From Spirochaetia bacterium (GTDB lineage Bacteria > Spirochaetota > Spirochaetia > SZUA-6 > Bin103): DNA of 64,000 bases. The notes beneath the pieces were generated by a model. That model made no database searches. It was not told the DNA's origin and saw only the letters and a list, made by a program, of their open reading frames with translations. Position 1 is the stretch's first letter, and each line of letters opens with the position of its first letter. The stretch covers positions 2,688,001 to 2,752,000 of the forward strand of contig OZ241863.1 of assembly GCA_965203055.1 (NCBI GenBank). Direction: 5' to 3'. Positions 48,702 through 58,818 of this stretch are shown one piece after another. Made by a program: the position numbers and the translations under genes.

Positions 48702-49883
48702 TCAGATTCCGGTCTTCAGCCGCGATTCCATCCAGAAATACAAGGCATGCAGGCGGTTGGGAAACCGGTAGCCGCCGCGCGCTTCGGGATCGAGCTGCAC
48801 CGCGCCCAGCTTTCTCATCCGCCGCAGGAAGTTGTCCAGAACCTGCCGCTCGGCCGGCGCAAGGCGGGCCGCCAGTTCGCCGCGCTGAAACGTCATCCGC
48901 GCTGGCTGATCGGCCATCTTGCACAGGATCGATCGATAGCGGTCGCTCTGTATCGCTTGAAAGATCTGAGGCTCCAGGAGCTTTCTCCCGACGATCCCGG
49001 CTGCCCTGACGATGCCTGCGACCAGTTCCTTGCGCGCTATGGTCTGCGCCGTTGCGGTGCGCCACACGGCGTCGCCGATTTCGTGCGCCAGCACCGGCAG
49101 TCCGCCGGTATACCGAACCATAAAATCGAGATCGGCTGCGGACACCACGGCGTTGCCTGCGGCGAACGACGCCCGATAGAACTGCTCCACCTCGGCATTC
49201 CGCCAAGGGACGATGTCAACCAGATCGAAGATCCGAGCCAGGGACGGTTGATTGCCGATCAGGTCCTGGCGTCGTTCTTCGAGCCCGACCAGCAGGATGC
49301 ACAGCCGCATCGGTTCCGAGGTCGCCACGTCATCGACGATGCTCTTCAGCCAGTGGGCGAAGTCCGCGGAGCTCGCCAAGCCGTTCACGTCGTCCAGAAT
49401 GAGGAGCAGCGAGGCGCGAGGTGTCAGCCGCTTCAGGAGTTCGCGCACGGAGCGGGTGAAGTTGCCCGCAATCGCGCGCAGGTCGTCGCCGCTCAGTGCC
49501 AGCTCTACCGAGACGCCGAACAGGCCGATCTTGCGGACGCGATCCCCGAAGAACTCCAGTACCTGCCGGTGCCACGGCCGGTCGATGCTGTCCTTGAGCA
49601 GCCGGTCGAAGATGCGGCCCGCCATCTCGTGCAGGTCGCGCACGCCTCCCAGGTAGACGTGACAGCCGGTAACGTCGCTGTCCCGCTCGCACAGGCGGCG
49701 CACGAACGAAGCCAGCGAACTCTTGCCGATGCCCCGTTCGCCGCTGATGAACCCGATCTTGAACACGCCGCGGCCGGCGGCGCGCACCAAGCCGCGCAAG
49801 CGTTCGATTGCGTCGCGCCGCCCGACGAACAGCTCGGCCGGGACCGGTTGGCCGGGCCGGAACGGACTGGATTCTGGCGTCAC
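48702..49883 (-). CDS. AAA_16/STAND-like ATPase with winged-helix C-terminus
   Basis: SPFRPG.PV..ELFVGR, GERGIGKS, LILDDV, TGGLP, GGYRF. Confidence 0.82.
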   Translation of the reverse strand: MTPESSPFRPGQPVPAELFVGRRDAIERLRGLVRAAGRGVFKIGFISGERGIGKSSLASFVRRLCERDSDVTGCHVYLGGVRDLHEMAGRIFDRLLKDSIDRPWHRQVLEFFGDRVRKIGLFGVSVELALSGDDLRAIAGNFTRSVRELLKRLTPRASLLLILDDVNGLASSADFAHWLKSIVDDVATSEPMRLCILLVGLEERRQDLIGNQPSLARIFDLVDIVPWRNAEVEQFYRASFAAGNAVVSAADLDFMVRYTGGLPVLAHEIGDAVWRTATAQTIARKELVAGIVRAAGIVGRKLLEPQIFQAIQSDRYRSILCKMADQPARMTFQRGELAARLAPAERQVLDNFLRRMRKLGAVQLDPEARGGYRFPNRLHALYFWMESRLKTGI

Positions 49884-49947
49884 TCGCGGGCAGATTAGCC
49901 GAGCGGGCGGCCGGTGTCGAATGGTACCGGTGGTACCGGCGACGCGG

Positions 49948-50735
49948 TCAGCCGCCGCCCGCGCCGGCGGCCAGAATCGAGGGCAGGCAGCGCAGCGCCT
50001 CGGCCAGCGGCCACACTTCGATGCCGCCCTGATACTCGCGCCGGTCGCCCCCGTACAGCAGGAAGCACTTCGCCGGCGGATAGTCGCGGGCGAACTGGCG
50101 CAGTCCCGCCCCGTCCTCGCGGCGCAGGCGCCCGGTCCGCTTTACCTCGAAGGCCAGCAGGCCGCGTTCGCCGTACGCCACCAGGTCCACCTCGGCGCCG
50201 GCGGTCGTGCGCCAGTAGGAGAGGGCGTAGCCCAGGCCCTCGTAGTCGTTGACCGCGCGCACCTCCTGCTGGAGCAGCGTCTCCCACCCCGCTCCCTCGG
50301 CCTCTTCCGGGCGGTCGAGCGGTCCGCGCGGGCGGATCCGGCGGTAGACGCCGGCGTCGAACAGGAAGAACTTGGGATGGCCGGTCACGCGGCGCGCGGC
50401 CCGCCGCGTGAAGGCCGGCAGGCGCCACGCCAGGAGCAGGTCTTCGAGCACCTGGAAATAGTTGGCGACCGTGCGCCGCTCCATCCCCGCGTCGCGCGCC
50501 ACCGCCGCTACGTTGAGCGGCGCCGCCTGCGAAAAGCTGGCGGCTTCCAGGAAGCGGCCGAACGCCGCCAAGTTGCGGGTCAGCCCCTCCTGCATCACCT
50601 CCTCGCGCAGATAGGTCTCCACAGGGCATCGGGCAGGCGCTGCTTCAGCCACGTGGTCTTGCCGGTTCCGCGCGGTCCGAACAGGAAGAAGCTGTGGCCC
50701 AACTCCAGCGGCCTGCGCAGCGCTCTGGCATACAT
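49948..50735 (-). pseudogene. AAA_14/DUF4143 ATPase with an internal out-of-frame deletion at about 50623
   Basis: MYARALRRP..SFFLFGPRGTGKTTWL..PDAL joined directly to VETYLREEVMQEGLTRNL; Walker B region absent; DUF4143 tail YWRTTAGAEVDLV..FEVK intact. Confidence 0.85.
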
Positions 50736-50876
50736 GGTTCCAATATACATCGATTTCTGGAACTGACGATTCCGTTATGACGTCCGGCGTACACCGGCAG
50801 TCCGACGCCGCCCTCCGAAGGGGCGGCGCGGAACGGCCGGCAGCGCGGCGCTCGCGGTGGTACACTTGGCCAACCC

Positions 50877-52448
50877 ATGCGTTCGTTCAACACTGCCGGT
50901 CCGGTCGATCCGGCCGACCATTACCTGATCCCGCCGCTGTCGCGGATCGACCTGGACGAAGTGCTCGGCCTGGTGCGGGACAAGAAGTACTTCGTGCTGC
51001 ATGCGCCGCGGCAGACCGGCAAGACCTCGGCGCTGCTGGCGCTGGCCGACTTGCTGAATGAACGCGGCTACCACTGCGTGTACGTCACCGTGGAAACTGC
51101 CCGCACCGCCCGCGACGACGTGCAGCAGGCGGTGCAGGTGGTGCTCGCCTCGCTGGCGGAGGCGGCGGACGACGCGTTGGACGATCGCTTCCTGGCGGGT
51201 GTCCGGGCCGAGATTCTCGCCGATTTCGGGCCGAACATGGCGTTGCGCACCGCCTTGCGGCGCTGGGCGCAGGCGGCGCCGCGCCCGCTGGTGCTGCTGA
51301 TCGACGAGATCGATACGCTGGTCGGCGACTCGCTGCTGTCGGTGCTGCAGCAACTCCGCGCCGGCTACCCCGGCCGCCCGGAGCGCTTCCCGCAGAGCGT
51401 CGTGCTGTGCGGCCTGCGCGACGTGCGCGACTACCGCATGGGCGCCACCGGCAGCCCGTTCAACATCGCCGCGGCGTCGTTGCGGCTGGGCGACTTCTCG
51501 CGCGCGGAGACGCTGGCCCTGCTCGGCCAGCATACCGAGGCGACCGGCCAGGAGTTCGCGCCGGAGGCGCTGGAGGCGGTGTGGACGCAGACCTGCGGCC
51601 AGCCATGGCTGGTCAACGCGCTGGCCTACGGCGCCTGCTTCAAGAACAAGGCGCTGCGCGACGACCGCTCGCGCCCGGTCACCGCCGCCGCGGTCGCCGC
51701 GGTCCGCGAGGAGCTGATCGTCGAACGGGTGACCCACCTCGACTACCTGGCCGACAAGCTGCGCGAGGAGCGCGTGCGGCGGGTGATCGAGCCGATGCTG
51801 ACCGGCGCCGACCGCTACGCCATCAGCGACCGCGACCTGGGCTACGCGCGCGACCTGGGGCTGCTCGCCCGCGATCAGCCGGTGCGCATCGCCAACCCGA
51901 TCTACGCCGAGGTGCTGCCGCGCGAACTGTCGTGGGCAGCGCAGGAGACGCTCGACCTGTCGCCGCCGCGTTACGTGCGCGCGGACGGCAGCCTGAACGT
52001 GGACTTGCTGCTGGAGGAGTTCCAGAGCTTCTTCCGGCGCCACTCCGAGCACTGGCGCGACCGCTTCGCCTACGCGGAGGCGTGGCCGCAGTTGCTGCTG
52101 CAGGCCTACCTGCAGCGGGTGGTGAACGGGGGCGGGCGCATCGAGCGGGAGTACGCGCTGGGCCGCGGGCGGGTCGACCTGCTGATCGTGTGGCCGGTGG
52201 GGGAGCGGTCGCTGGCGCAGCGGGCGCAGGAGGTGGTGGTGGAGTGCAAGGTGGTGCGGGAGCGGGACGGGCTGGAGCGGACCATTGCCGAAGGAGTGGA
52301 GCAGACGGCGGGGTACGCGGCGCGCTGCGCGGCGGAGGCGGCGCACCTGGTGGTGATCGACTGCCGGGAGGACCGCACCTGGGAGGAGAAGATATTCCAC
52401 CACCGGCGCGGCGCCGCGGCGGCCTCGGTGGAGGTGTGGGGCATGTGA
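50877..52448 (+). CDS. AAA-like ATPase with C-terminal PD-(D/E)xK nuclease-like domain
   Basis: FNTAGP, HAPRQTGKT, LLIDEID, SPFNI, GQPWLVNAL, REYALGRGRVDLLI..VVECK. Confidence 0.88.
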   Translation: MRSFNTAGPVDPADHYLIPPLSRIDLDEVLGLVRDKKYFVLHAPRQTGKTSALLALADLLNERGYHCVYVTVETARTARDDVQQAVQVVLASLAEAADDALDDRFLAGVRAEILADFGPNMALRTALRRWAQAAPRPLVLLIDEIDTLVGDSLLSVLQQLRAGYPGRPERFPQSVVLCGLRDVRDYRMGATGSPFNIAAASLRLGDFSRAETLALLGQHTEATGQEFAPEALEAVWTQTCGQPWLVNALAYGACFKNKALRDDRSRPVTAAAVAAVREELIVERVTHLDYLADKLREERVRRVIEPMLTGADRYAISDRDLGYARDLGLLARDQPVRIANPIYAEVLPRELSWAAQETLDLSPPRYVRADGSLNVDLLLEEFQSFFRRHSEHWRDRFAYAEAWPQLLLQAYLQRVVNGGGRIEREYALGRGRVDLLIVWPVGERSLAQRAQEVVVECKVVRERDGLERTIAEGVEQTAGYAARCAAEAAHLVVIDCREDRTWEEKIFHHRRGAAAASVEVWGM

Positions 52449-52487
52449 CGAGGGCGGCGCGTCTCTTGCTCGGCGATACTCCGGGTG

Positions 52488-53348
52488 CTATGCGGGGCCG
52501 GGGGTGGTGTTGGCGGCGAGCCAGCGCGCGGCATTGGCGATGATGCGCAAGGGGATCGGCTGCCGGTAGATCGGGTAGGTCTCGTGGCCGGGACGGAAGT
52601 AGAACAGCCGGCCGCGGCCAATCTGCCACACCATGCCGCTGCGGAACCACTCGCCGGTGGGCCAGCGATCCTCGAAGATCACCTCGTCCGGGGCAGGGAC
52701 GTGGAGCGGTTCGTCATACATCTCGGACTGCGGGAGCGAGAACTGGTCGGGGATGCCCTCGGCGATCGGGTGTTCGGGCAGCAAGGTGCGGGAGAAGCTC
52801 GGCTTGCCGTCGGCGCGCCATGCCGGGAAGCAGCAGATCGGAAGCCGGACGCGGACGCGAGTGATGCCGTCCGGGAACTTGCGCACCTGATGGGAGGGCG
52901 TGACCGCGGCGTCCCTGGCGGGAGCCTGGTAGCGGTTCTCGGGCGGGACGAACTCCAGCTCGACCCGTTCGCCGCGGCCGTCCGGGAACAGACGTTGCGC
53001 GTCTTCGCGGGCGCGATGGTCCATCGCCGCGACGAACGGCGTGGCCCAGTGAGCCGAGTGCAGCACGATGAGCGACAGCCGCCCCGCGATGACCCGGTCC
53101 AGGATCCTCCGGCCGGTCTCGGCGGATACTTCGCGGTGCCGCACGTGACCCCACCAGACGAGCACCTGACTGGCCTCGAGGGCGGCGTCGGAAAGACCCT
53201 GGTCGGGATCGTCCAACCCGACTGACTGCACTGCCATGCCGCCCTGGGCGCGCAGATGGGAGGCGATTGCGTTGCCGAGAAAGTTGGCGTACGCCTCCTG
53301 CTGGCGCGGCTGGCGCTCGTCCCATACCAGGACCCCAAGGTCACTCAT
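52488..53348 (-). CDS. ThuA-like (trehalose utilisation) domain protein
   Basis: VLVWDE, VLVWWGHVRH, LIVLHSAHW, EMYDEP, GEWFRSG, FYFRPGHETYP. Confidence 0.9.
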   Translation of the reverse strand: MSDLGVLVWDERQPRQQEAYANFLGNAIASHLRAQGGMAVQSVGLDDPDQGLSDAALEASQVLVWWGHVRHREVSAETGRRILDRVIAGRLSLIVLHSAHWATPFVAAMDHRAREDAQRLFPDGRGERVELEFVPPENRYQAPARDAAVTPSHQVRKFPDGITRVRVRLPICCFPAWRADGKPSFSRTLLPEHPIAEGIPDQFSLPQSEMYDEPLHVPAPDEVIFEDRWPTGEWFRSGMVWQIGRGRLFYFRPGHETYPIYRQPIPLRIIANAARWLAANTTPGPA

Positions 53349-53436
53349 GCGGGACAGTAAAGACGATCCGCCGGCCCGCGGCAAGCCCGGATCGCCGCCG
53401 GAGCGCGGCGCAGGGCGGGCGGAGCAGTCTCGGTGG

Positions 53437-54948
53437 TCAGCCGCCGGGCGGCGGGAAGCGGGCGCTCCGGTCGAGCGGATAGAGGCCGGGGCGCAGGCGC
53501 CGGTAGCGGTAGCCGGCGAAGTCGGGGCGGTGCACGCCCGGCGTGTCCAGGTCGAAGATGCGCTCGGCGATCGACTGGTAGGTGCTGCGGAAGTGCACCG
53601 CCGACTTGAGCGCCACCAGCCGCTGCGCCCGCGGCTCGATGCCGACGCTGCGCAGCAGCTCGGCGTCGAGCGGCTGCACGCGGCGCTCGGTCACCACCAC
53701 TCGGACGCCGCGGCACTGCAGCACCGCAGTGCGGCCCATTTCGGTGGTGCCGCCCTCCCCCATGCGGCTGCGCGTCACGAAGCGGCCATCCGCCAGCAGC
53801 CGGACCACCGCCCGCAGCGCCACCGGATCGCCGTGGCGGCGGTCGGTCTTGCCGCCGAGGCGCACGGCGATCGTCTCCCCCACCCCGGCCGCGGCGGCCG
53901 CGGCCACCACTTCGGGATCGGCGATCACCGCCACGACCGCGTCCTCCACGCCGCCCGCCAGCAGCTCGCGCAACACGACCGTGCCGTCGCACGGGGCGCC
54001 CCCGCCGGGGTTGTCGGAACCGTCGGCCAGCACCACCAGGCCGGCCGCTTCCTCGCGCGCGTATCGGACCGCCTCCCGCACCGGAGTCAGGGTCACGTCG
54101 AAGTCGCGCCGCCGCCGCCAGACGGCGCGGGCCAACTCGCCGGCCCGCGCCGCGGCCAATTCCGCCGAGCCGTCCGCGGTGACCAGCACCGAAGCGCCGG
54201 CGTCGCGGACGTCGGCAAACGGAAAGCCGTAGGCGATGGTGGCGTCCAGCACCGCCGGCTCCCGCTCCATGGCCTGCGCCCGGCGCAACAGGGCGCGGGC
54301 CGGCGAGATCAGCGTGCACTGCCGCGGCGGCATGGTGACGAGCGGCAACTGCACGTACGCCAGCCGCGGGCGTACCTCGCCTGCCGCCGCGGCATGGACC
54401 AGCCGCCCCGCCTGCAGGCCGCGCTCGAAGGCATCCACGTGGGGATACTCCTCGAACCCGATGATGGCGTCGGCGTGCGCCGCCATGCGCGCGGTGACGT
54501 TGGCATGCAGGTCCAGGGTCACCACCAGCGGCGTCGCCTCCCCCACTACCGCCCGCGTTCGTTCGATCAGATCGCCCTCCGCGTCCTCCAGGTGTTCGCT
54601 CACCATGGCTCCGTGCAGGTCGAGCAGCACCCCGCGGCAGCCGGCCGCGCGCCGGGCGAGACGCTCCAGCAGCACTCCGGCGAGCTCTTCGTAGGCGTAC
54701 CGCGTCACCACTCCCGAGGGCGTGGCGAACGCCCACAGCAGCGGCTCCAGCTCGAAGCCCAGCTCCTCAGCGGCCGCCAGATACCCGCCGTGCACGGTGC
54801 GGGTGCCGCGGAAGTAGCGCCGGATCTGCTCCGCCGCGGCGGCCGCCGCCGGCCGCCCGCCAAAGTCGAAGTCGGGCAGCCGGGTCGGCGTGACGGCGAA
54901 GGTGTTGGTTTCGTGGCCGAGGGCGGCGCTGAAGAAGATGGCGGCCAT
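53437..54948 (-). CDS. M81 family metallopeptidase (MlrC-like)
   Basis: HETNTF, LDLHGAM, DAEGD, TLDLHAN, YPHVD, DNPGGG, LKSAVHFR. Confidence 0.93.
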   Translation of the reverse strand: MAAIFFSAALGHETNTFAVTPTRLPDFDFGGRPAAAAAAEQIRRYFRGTRTVHGGYLAAAEELGFELEPLLWAFATPSGVVTRYAYEELAGVLLERLARRAAGCRGVLLDLHGAMVSEHLEDAEGDLIERTRAVVGEATPLVVTLDLHANVTARMAAHADAIIGFEEYPHVDAFERGLQAGRLVHAAAAGEVRPRLAYVQLPLVTMPPRQCTLISPARALLRRAQAMEREPAVLDATIAYGFPFADVRDAGASVLVTADGSAELAAARAGELARAVWRRRRDFDVTLTPVREAVRYAREEAAGLVVLADGSDNPGGGAPCDGTVVLRELLAGGVEDAVVAVIADPEVVAAAAAAGVGETIAVRLGGKTDRRHGDPVALRAVVRLLADGRFVTRSRMGEGGTTEMGRTAVLQCRGVRVVVTERRVQPLDAELLRSVGIEPRAQRLVALKSAVHFRSTYQSIAERIFDLDTPGVHRPDFAGYRYRRLRPGLYPLDRSARFPPPGG

Positions 54949-54962
54949 CCGGGCGCCCGCGT

Positions 54963-56444
54963 CTACGCCGCAACGACCCGCAGCTCGAGGCCGGCGATAG
55001 CGGCGAATTTCTCGATCCGCGGGAGAACGTGACCCACGCCCAGGGCGAAGTGGTGGGTCGGCCCCTCATGGCACCAGGCGTCCATGAACTCCGCCGGGCC
55101 CAGGCTGAACTGCAGGCGGCTGTCGGTGTTGCCGATCTGCAGTCCCGGGCCGGGGATGCTCTCGCCCTGCGCCGCCACCAGCCGGAGGTTGCCGGCGCGG
55201 GTCTGGGTCATCGACAACAAGGTCACCGGACCGTGCCGGACCTGCGTTTCGACGCCGATGCCCGCGCCGCGCTTGCCGTGAAACATCTCCAGGCCGCGCA
55301 GCAGCGGCCGCGCCGACGAGATGGCGAGATGGAACGGCCCGTCGTGGCCGGCCAGGATGAACTTCTCGCGGAAGTCCATCGCCGTCACTTCGGAGTAGCT
55401 GCCGCCGGCGCCGAAGCTGTCGACGATCTTCATCGCCTGGCAGTTCTTCAGATCACCCTCTCCGCTGCACGGCACCCCGCGTGAGGTCAGCAGCGAGCAG
55501 CCGAGGGCGAAGCCGGCGGCAATGCGCTCGTATTCGTTGTGGTCCAGCCCGCGGTAGTAGTAGGTCAGCCCGTCGAGGGCATGGTCCGCCGCCAGCTTGT
55601 CCAGCCCCACGGCTACCCGGCAGGCCCAGGCGAGCGCCTCGGGCGTCGGCCTGACGGCCAGCGGGTCCGACGGCGAATCCTCGGCCAACTCGAAGATCGC
55701 GAGCGCTTCCTCCTCCTTGGCCTTGACTTCAGGTTCGGTTGCGGCGCGCACCAGCGCCGCCAGATCGCACATCTCCAGGATCTCGACGTGGGTTCCGAGC
55801 TGTCCCTGGTGCTGGGTGAAGTCGCTGTACATGTCGAGCATGCCGGGGTATACGTGGCCGAGTACGCCGATGCGGCTGCCGCGCACGGTACGCAGCACGC
55901 CGGCCGCCTCGGTCCACTCCCGAATCTCCGCCCAGGCGCGCCGCGCGGGCTCACGGCAACCCGGCTCCTCCCGCAGCATGCCCGACACCAGGTGGAAGTC
56001 GACGTCGCAGCGGCGAAACGCGCAGGCGATTTCCGGCACGCAGCAGGCGCAGCAGTTGGCCAGCCACTCCCTGGTGCCGGTACGGGCGTAGTCCAGGGCG
56101 GCGCTCGGCTGCAGATTGAGGACCAGCACCGGCGCCTGCGGAATCCGCACCGCCGGCAGCACCTGGGAACTGGTGGCGTAGGTGCCGACGTAGCAGTAGA
56201 CCATGTCGACCTGGCGGCGCTGGAACAGGTTGCCCGCCTCGACCGCGCGCGGCGCCGAATCCACCAGCCCGGCGGATACCACCTCGGCCCACCGTCCGAC
56301 GCGCTCCTCGACCAAGCGCTGATAGCCCTCGAGCTGCTCCTTCAGGCCGGGAAACTGCGGCCAGTAGGCGGCCAGCCCAATGCCGAAGATGCCGATGCGC
56401 GGCCTCACCCCGCGCTGCCGGTCCGTCACGGTCGTCACGATCAT
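54963..56444 (-). CDS. L-fucose/L-arabinose isomerase family protein
   Basis: GLAAYWPQF, GTYATSS, YPGMLDMYSD, GEGDLK, GHDGP.H, GPTHHFALGVGH. Confidence 0.88.
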   Translation of the reverse strand: MIVTTVTDRQRGVRPRIGIFGIGLAAYWPQFPGLKEQLEGYQRLVEERVGRWAEVVSAGLVDSAPRAVEAGNLFQRRQVDMVYCYVGTYATSSQVLPAVRIPQAPVLVLNLQPSAALDYARTGTREWLANCCACCVPEIACAFRRCDVDFHLVSGMLREEPGCREPARRAWAEIREWTEAAGVLRTVRGSRIGVLGHVYPGMLDMYSDFTQHQGQLGTHVEILEMCDLAALVRAATEPEVKAKEEEALAIFELAEDSPSDPLAVRPTPEALAWACRVAVGLDKLAADHALDGLTYYYRGLDHNEYERIAAGFALGCSLLTSRGVPCSGEGDLKNCQAMKIVDSFGAGGSYSEVTAMDFREKFILAGHDGPFHLAISSARPLLRGLEMFHGKRGAGIGVETQVRHGPVTLLSMTQTRAGNLRLVAAQGESIPGPGLQIGNTDSRLQFSLGPAEFMDAWCHEGPTHHFALGVGHVLPRIEKFAAIAGLELRVVAA

Positions 56445-56481
56445 GCCTCCTCGATGCTGCGTGCGCGGCGAGGAAAGCGAA

Positions 56482-56509
56482 TTGACGCAGCGTTTCTTCT
56501 CAGTACAAT
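56482..56509 (+). promoter_or_regulatory. Sigma70-type promoter
   Basis: TTGACG-N16-TACAAT, 10 nt upstream of ATG 56520. Confidence 0.65.
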
Positions 56510-56519
56510 AGTATGAACA

Positions 56520-57062
56520 ATGCGCGCATTGACAGAGGGCCTGTTGCCCAACTGGGATCCTCCGGGAGAAACGTGGCCGTTGCTGTTCACCTACGCGTAC
56601 TTGGTCGATGCCGAATCGTTCCGGGCAACGGTCAAGATCAACGGTGCCCTCCTCGCCACCATCAATCCCGCCGACGGACGCTGCTGGCTCGACGGTGTGT
56701 ACCCGGGAGGTACCGCCGCCGGCGGCACCGGCGTCGATGATGCTTACGCCAACTTCACGAAGTTCGTCGCCGGGATAATCGATGACATGGCCGACGACTG
56801 CGGCACACTCGCGGCATTCGAGGAATGGCTGCGCGCATTCGTGACGAGCACCGACGATCTCACGCTCGGTAGTTGGCAGGAAGGCGTGTTGAAGGTCCGC
56901 AGCAACGCGCCGGGGTCACCCCCGAAGCTTGAGCGGCGTGACTCCGAGGGATGGACTCCTGACGCTTCGATTGAGATGACTACTCCGCCGGTTGCGCGCG
57001 CCACAGGTGCCGCATCTCGGCGCTGCCGGCCAGCAGCTCGTCCAGGCCGCCGCGCGCGCTGA
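56520..57062 (+). CDS. Hypothetical protein, possibly HicB-like fold; 3' end overlaps the convergent ABC gene
   Basis: Own promoter; lower [27 protein letters not shown] resembles the HicB beta-beta-beta-alpha pattern. Confidence 0.55.
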   Translation: MRALTEGLLPNWDPPGETWPLLFTYAYLVDAESFRATVKINGALLATINPADGRCWLDGVYPGGTAAGGTGVDDAYANFTKFVAGIIDDMADDCGTLAAFEEWLRAFVTSTDDLTLGSWQEGVLKVRSNAPGSPPKLERRDSEGWTPDASIEMTTPPVARATGAASRRCRPAARPGRRAR

Positions 57063-58818
57063 CCCGGCCATCCTGCAGCACCACGATGCTGTCGGCGCGC
57101 TGCAGCAGGGCGCGGCTGTGGGACACCGCCACCACCGACGCTTCCGGGTTGTGGGTGAACAGATTGCTCCACAGCAGCGCTTCGGTCTCCACGTCGAGCG
57201 CGCTCGACAGGTCGTCCACTACCAGCAGCTCGGCGTTGCGGACGAACATCCGGGCGGCGGCGATGCGCTGCGCCTGACCGCCCGAGACGCGCACCCCGCG
57301 CGGTCCGACGATGGTCTGCAGCCCCTGCTCCAGGGTGGCGACGTCGGTCTCCAGCATGGCGGCGCGCACCGCCCCGGCCAGGTCCACCTGCTCTTCCGGC
57401 AGCCCGACCAGCACGTTGTCGATCAGCGGCGCGCTGAGCAGCGCCGGCACCTGCGGCGTATAGGCGACCCGCGGCGGCACCAGCAGCGCGCCGGGATCGG
57501 TCACCGGCGCGCCGTTCCACAACACGCGCCCGGAGTCCGCGCTGAGCAGCCCCAACAACACCCGCAGCAAGGTCGACTTGCCGGCTCCGATGCGTCCCAC
57601 CACGGCCACGCGCTGGCCGCGCCGCACCGTCAGATCGACGTTGCGAATGCCATGCGCCGAGCCGGCGTAGGTAAAGGAAATGTCTTCGAGGGAAATGCTC
57701 ACGAACCGGTCGGCCGCGGTCTTGGGGCGGTAGGGAAGCTCGGGCAACGGACCGCGCAGGTGCATGCTGCTCGGGGCGGTCAAGGTATCGGGCGGCGCCC
57801 CTCCCAGCATCGTCAACAGCCGTTGCAGCGACACCGAAACCTGCCGCAGGCGGGTCAGGAAGTTGCCGAACCCGCCGGCCGCCTGCTGCGACAGAAAGGT
57901 AAGGTTGTACACGAACAGGGAGAAGTCGCCGACGCTGAAGCTGCCGTCGACCAGGGCGCCGGCGGCCACTATCAGAATCACGCCGGCGCCGATCTGGGCC
58001 ACGTTGTCGAAGCCGGAAGTGAGAATCTTCGTCAGGAGCTGGTCGCGCACCGCGCCCTGCAGGCGGGCGGCGTTGAGCTGTTCGAAGCGCCGCACCGCGC
58101 GCTGCTCCGCGGACAGCGCCTGCACCGCGCCGATGGCGCCGTACAGCTCGGCGATGAAGCTGGTCACCGCGCCGGTGTCGCGGCGAAACCGTTCGTGGTA
58201 GCGGCTGATGCGCTGCCGCAGTACGCGCACCGCGACCACGATCACTACCAGCGGGGCGAACACCAGCGCCGTCAACGGAGCGTCGATGCGCGCCATGGCC
58301 ACGCCGCCGATCACGGCGAACGCCAGCGTGCCGAGTTGGAAGTTGAGGTCCATCAGCAGGCGAACCACGGCATCCACGTCGTCGCGCAGGCGGCTGATCG
58401 CCTCGCCCGGGGTGTGCGGCAGGGCGTGGCCGGCGGCCTGCCCCAGGGTGCGCTCGATCACGTTCTTCCGCAACAGCGAGGTAAGCGCGAACTCGGTGCG
58501 GAAGAACAGCGGGAGATCGATGAACACTATCACCGCGCGCGCCAAGGCGATGCCGATCAGCGCGGCGCACAGCAGCCAGGGACCGAATACCAGCGGCCGG
58601 TCGCCGCTCAACTCATCCAGCAGCACGCGCGCCACCAGCCCGATCATCTGAAACGACACGCCGAATACCAGCAGGTGGGCGACGCCCAGAAACAGGTAGT
58701 TCCACTTGCGAAACCAGAGCAGCCGGAGCAGGGCCCTGACCGCGGTGGCGGGACGGCCGCGCCGCGCCGCCCCGCCGCCGTCGGCCGCCCGCCGGCGCGC
58801 GCGGCGCGGGCGGATCAC
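56980..58818 (-). CDS. ABC exporter half-transporter (permease + ATPase)
   Basis: TM domain; [16 protein letters not shown], degenerate Walker [11 protein letters not shown]. Confidence 0.92.
   Translation of the reverse strand: MIRPRRARRRAADGGGAARRGRPATAVRALLRLLWFRKWNYLFLGVAHLLVFGVSFQMIGLVARVLLDELSGDRPLVFGPWLLCAALIGIALARAVIVFIDLPLFFRTEFALTSLLRKNVIERTLGQAAGHALPHTPGEAISRLRDDVDAVVRLLMDLNFQLGTLAFAVIGGVAMARIDAPLTALVFAPLVVIVVAVRVLRQRISRYHERFRRDTGAVTSFIAELYGAIGAVQALSAEQRAVRRFEQLNAARLQGAVRDQLLTKILTSGFDNVAQIGAGVILIVAAGALVDGSFSVGDFSLFVYNLTFLSQQAAGGFGNFLTRLRQVSVSLQRLLTMLGGAPPDTLTAPSSMHLRGPLPELPYRPKTAADRFVSISLEDISFTYAGSAHGIRNVDLTVRRGQRVAVVGRIGAGKSTLLRVLLGLLSADSGRVLWNGAPVTDPGALLVPPRVAYTPQVPALLSAPLIDNVLVGLPEEQVDLAGAVRAAMLETDVATLEQGLQTIVGPRGVRVSGGQAQRIAAARMFVRNAELLVVDDLSSALDVETEALLWSNLFTHNPEASVVAVSHSRALLQRADSIVVLQDGRVSARGGLDELLAGSAEMRHLWRAQPAE

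Noticed and set aside
53437..54948. MlrC-like gene as evidence of microcystin degradation
   Set aside because: The M81 family is widespread and mlrA/mlrB/mlrD are absent here.
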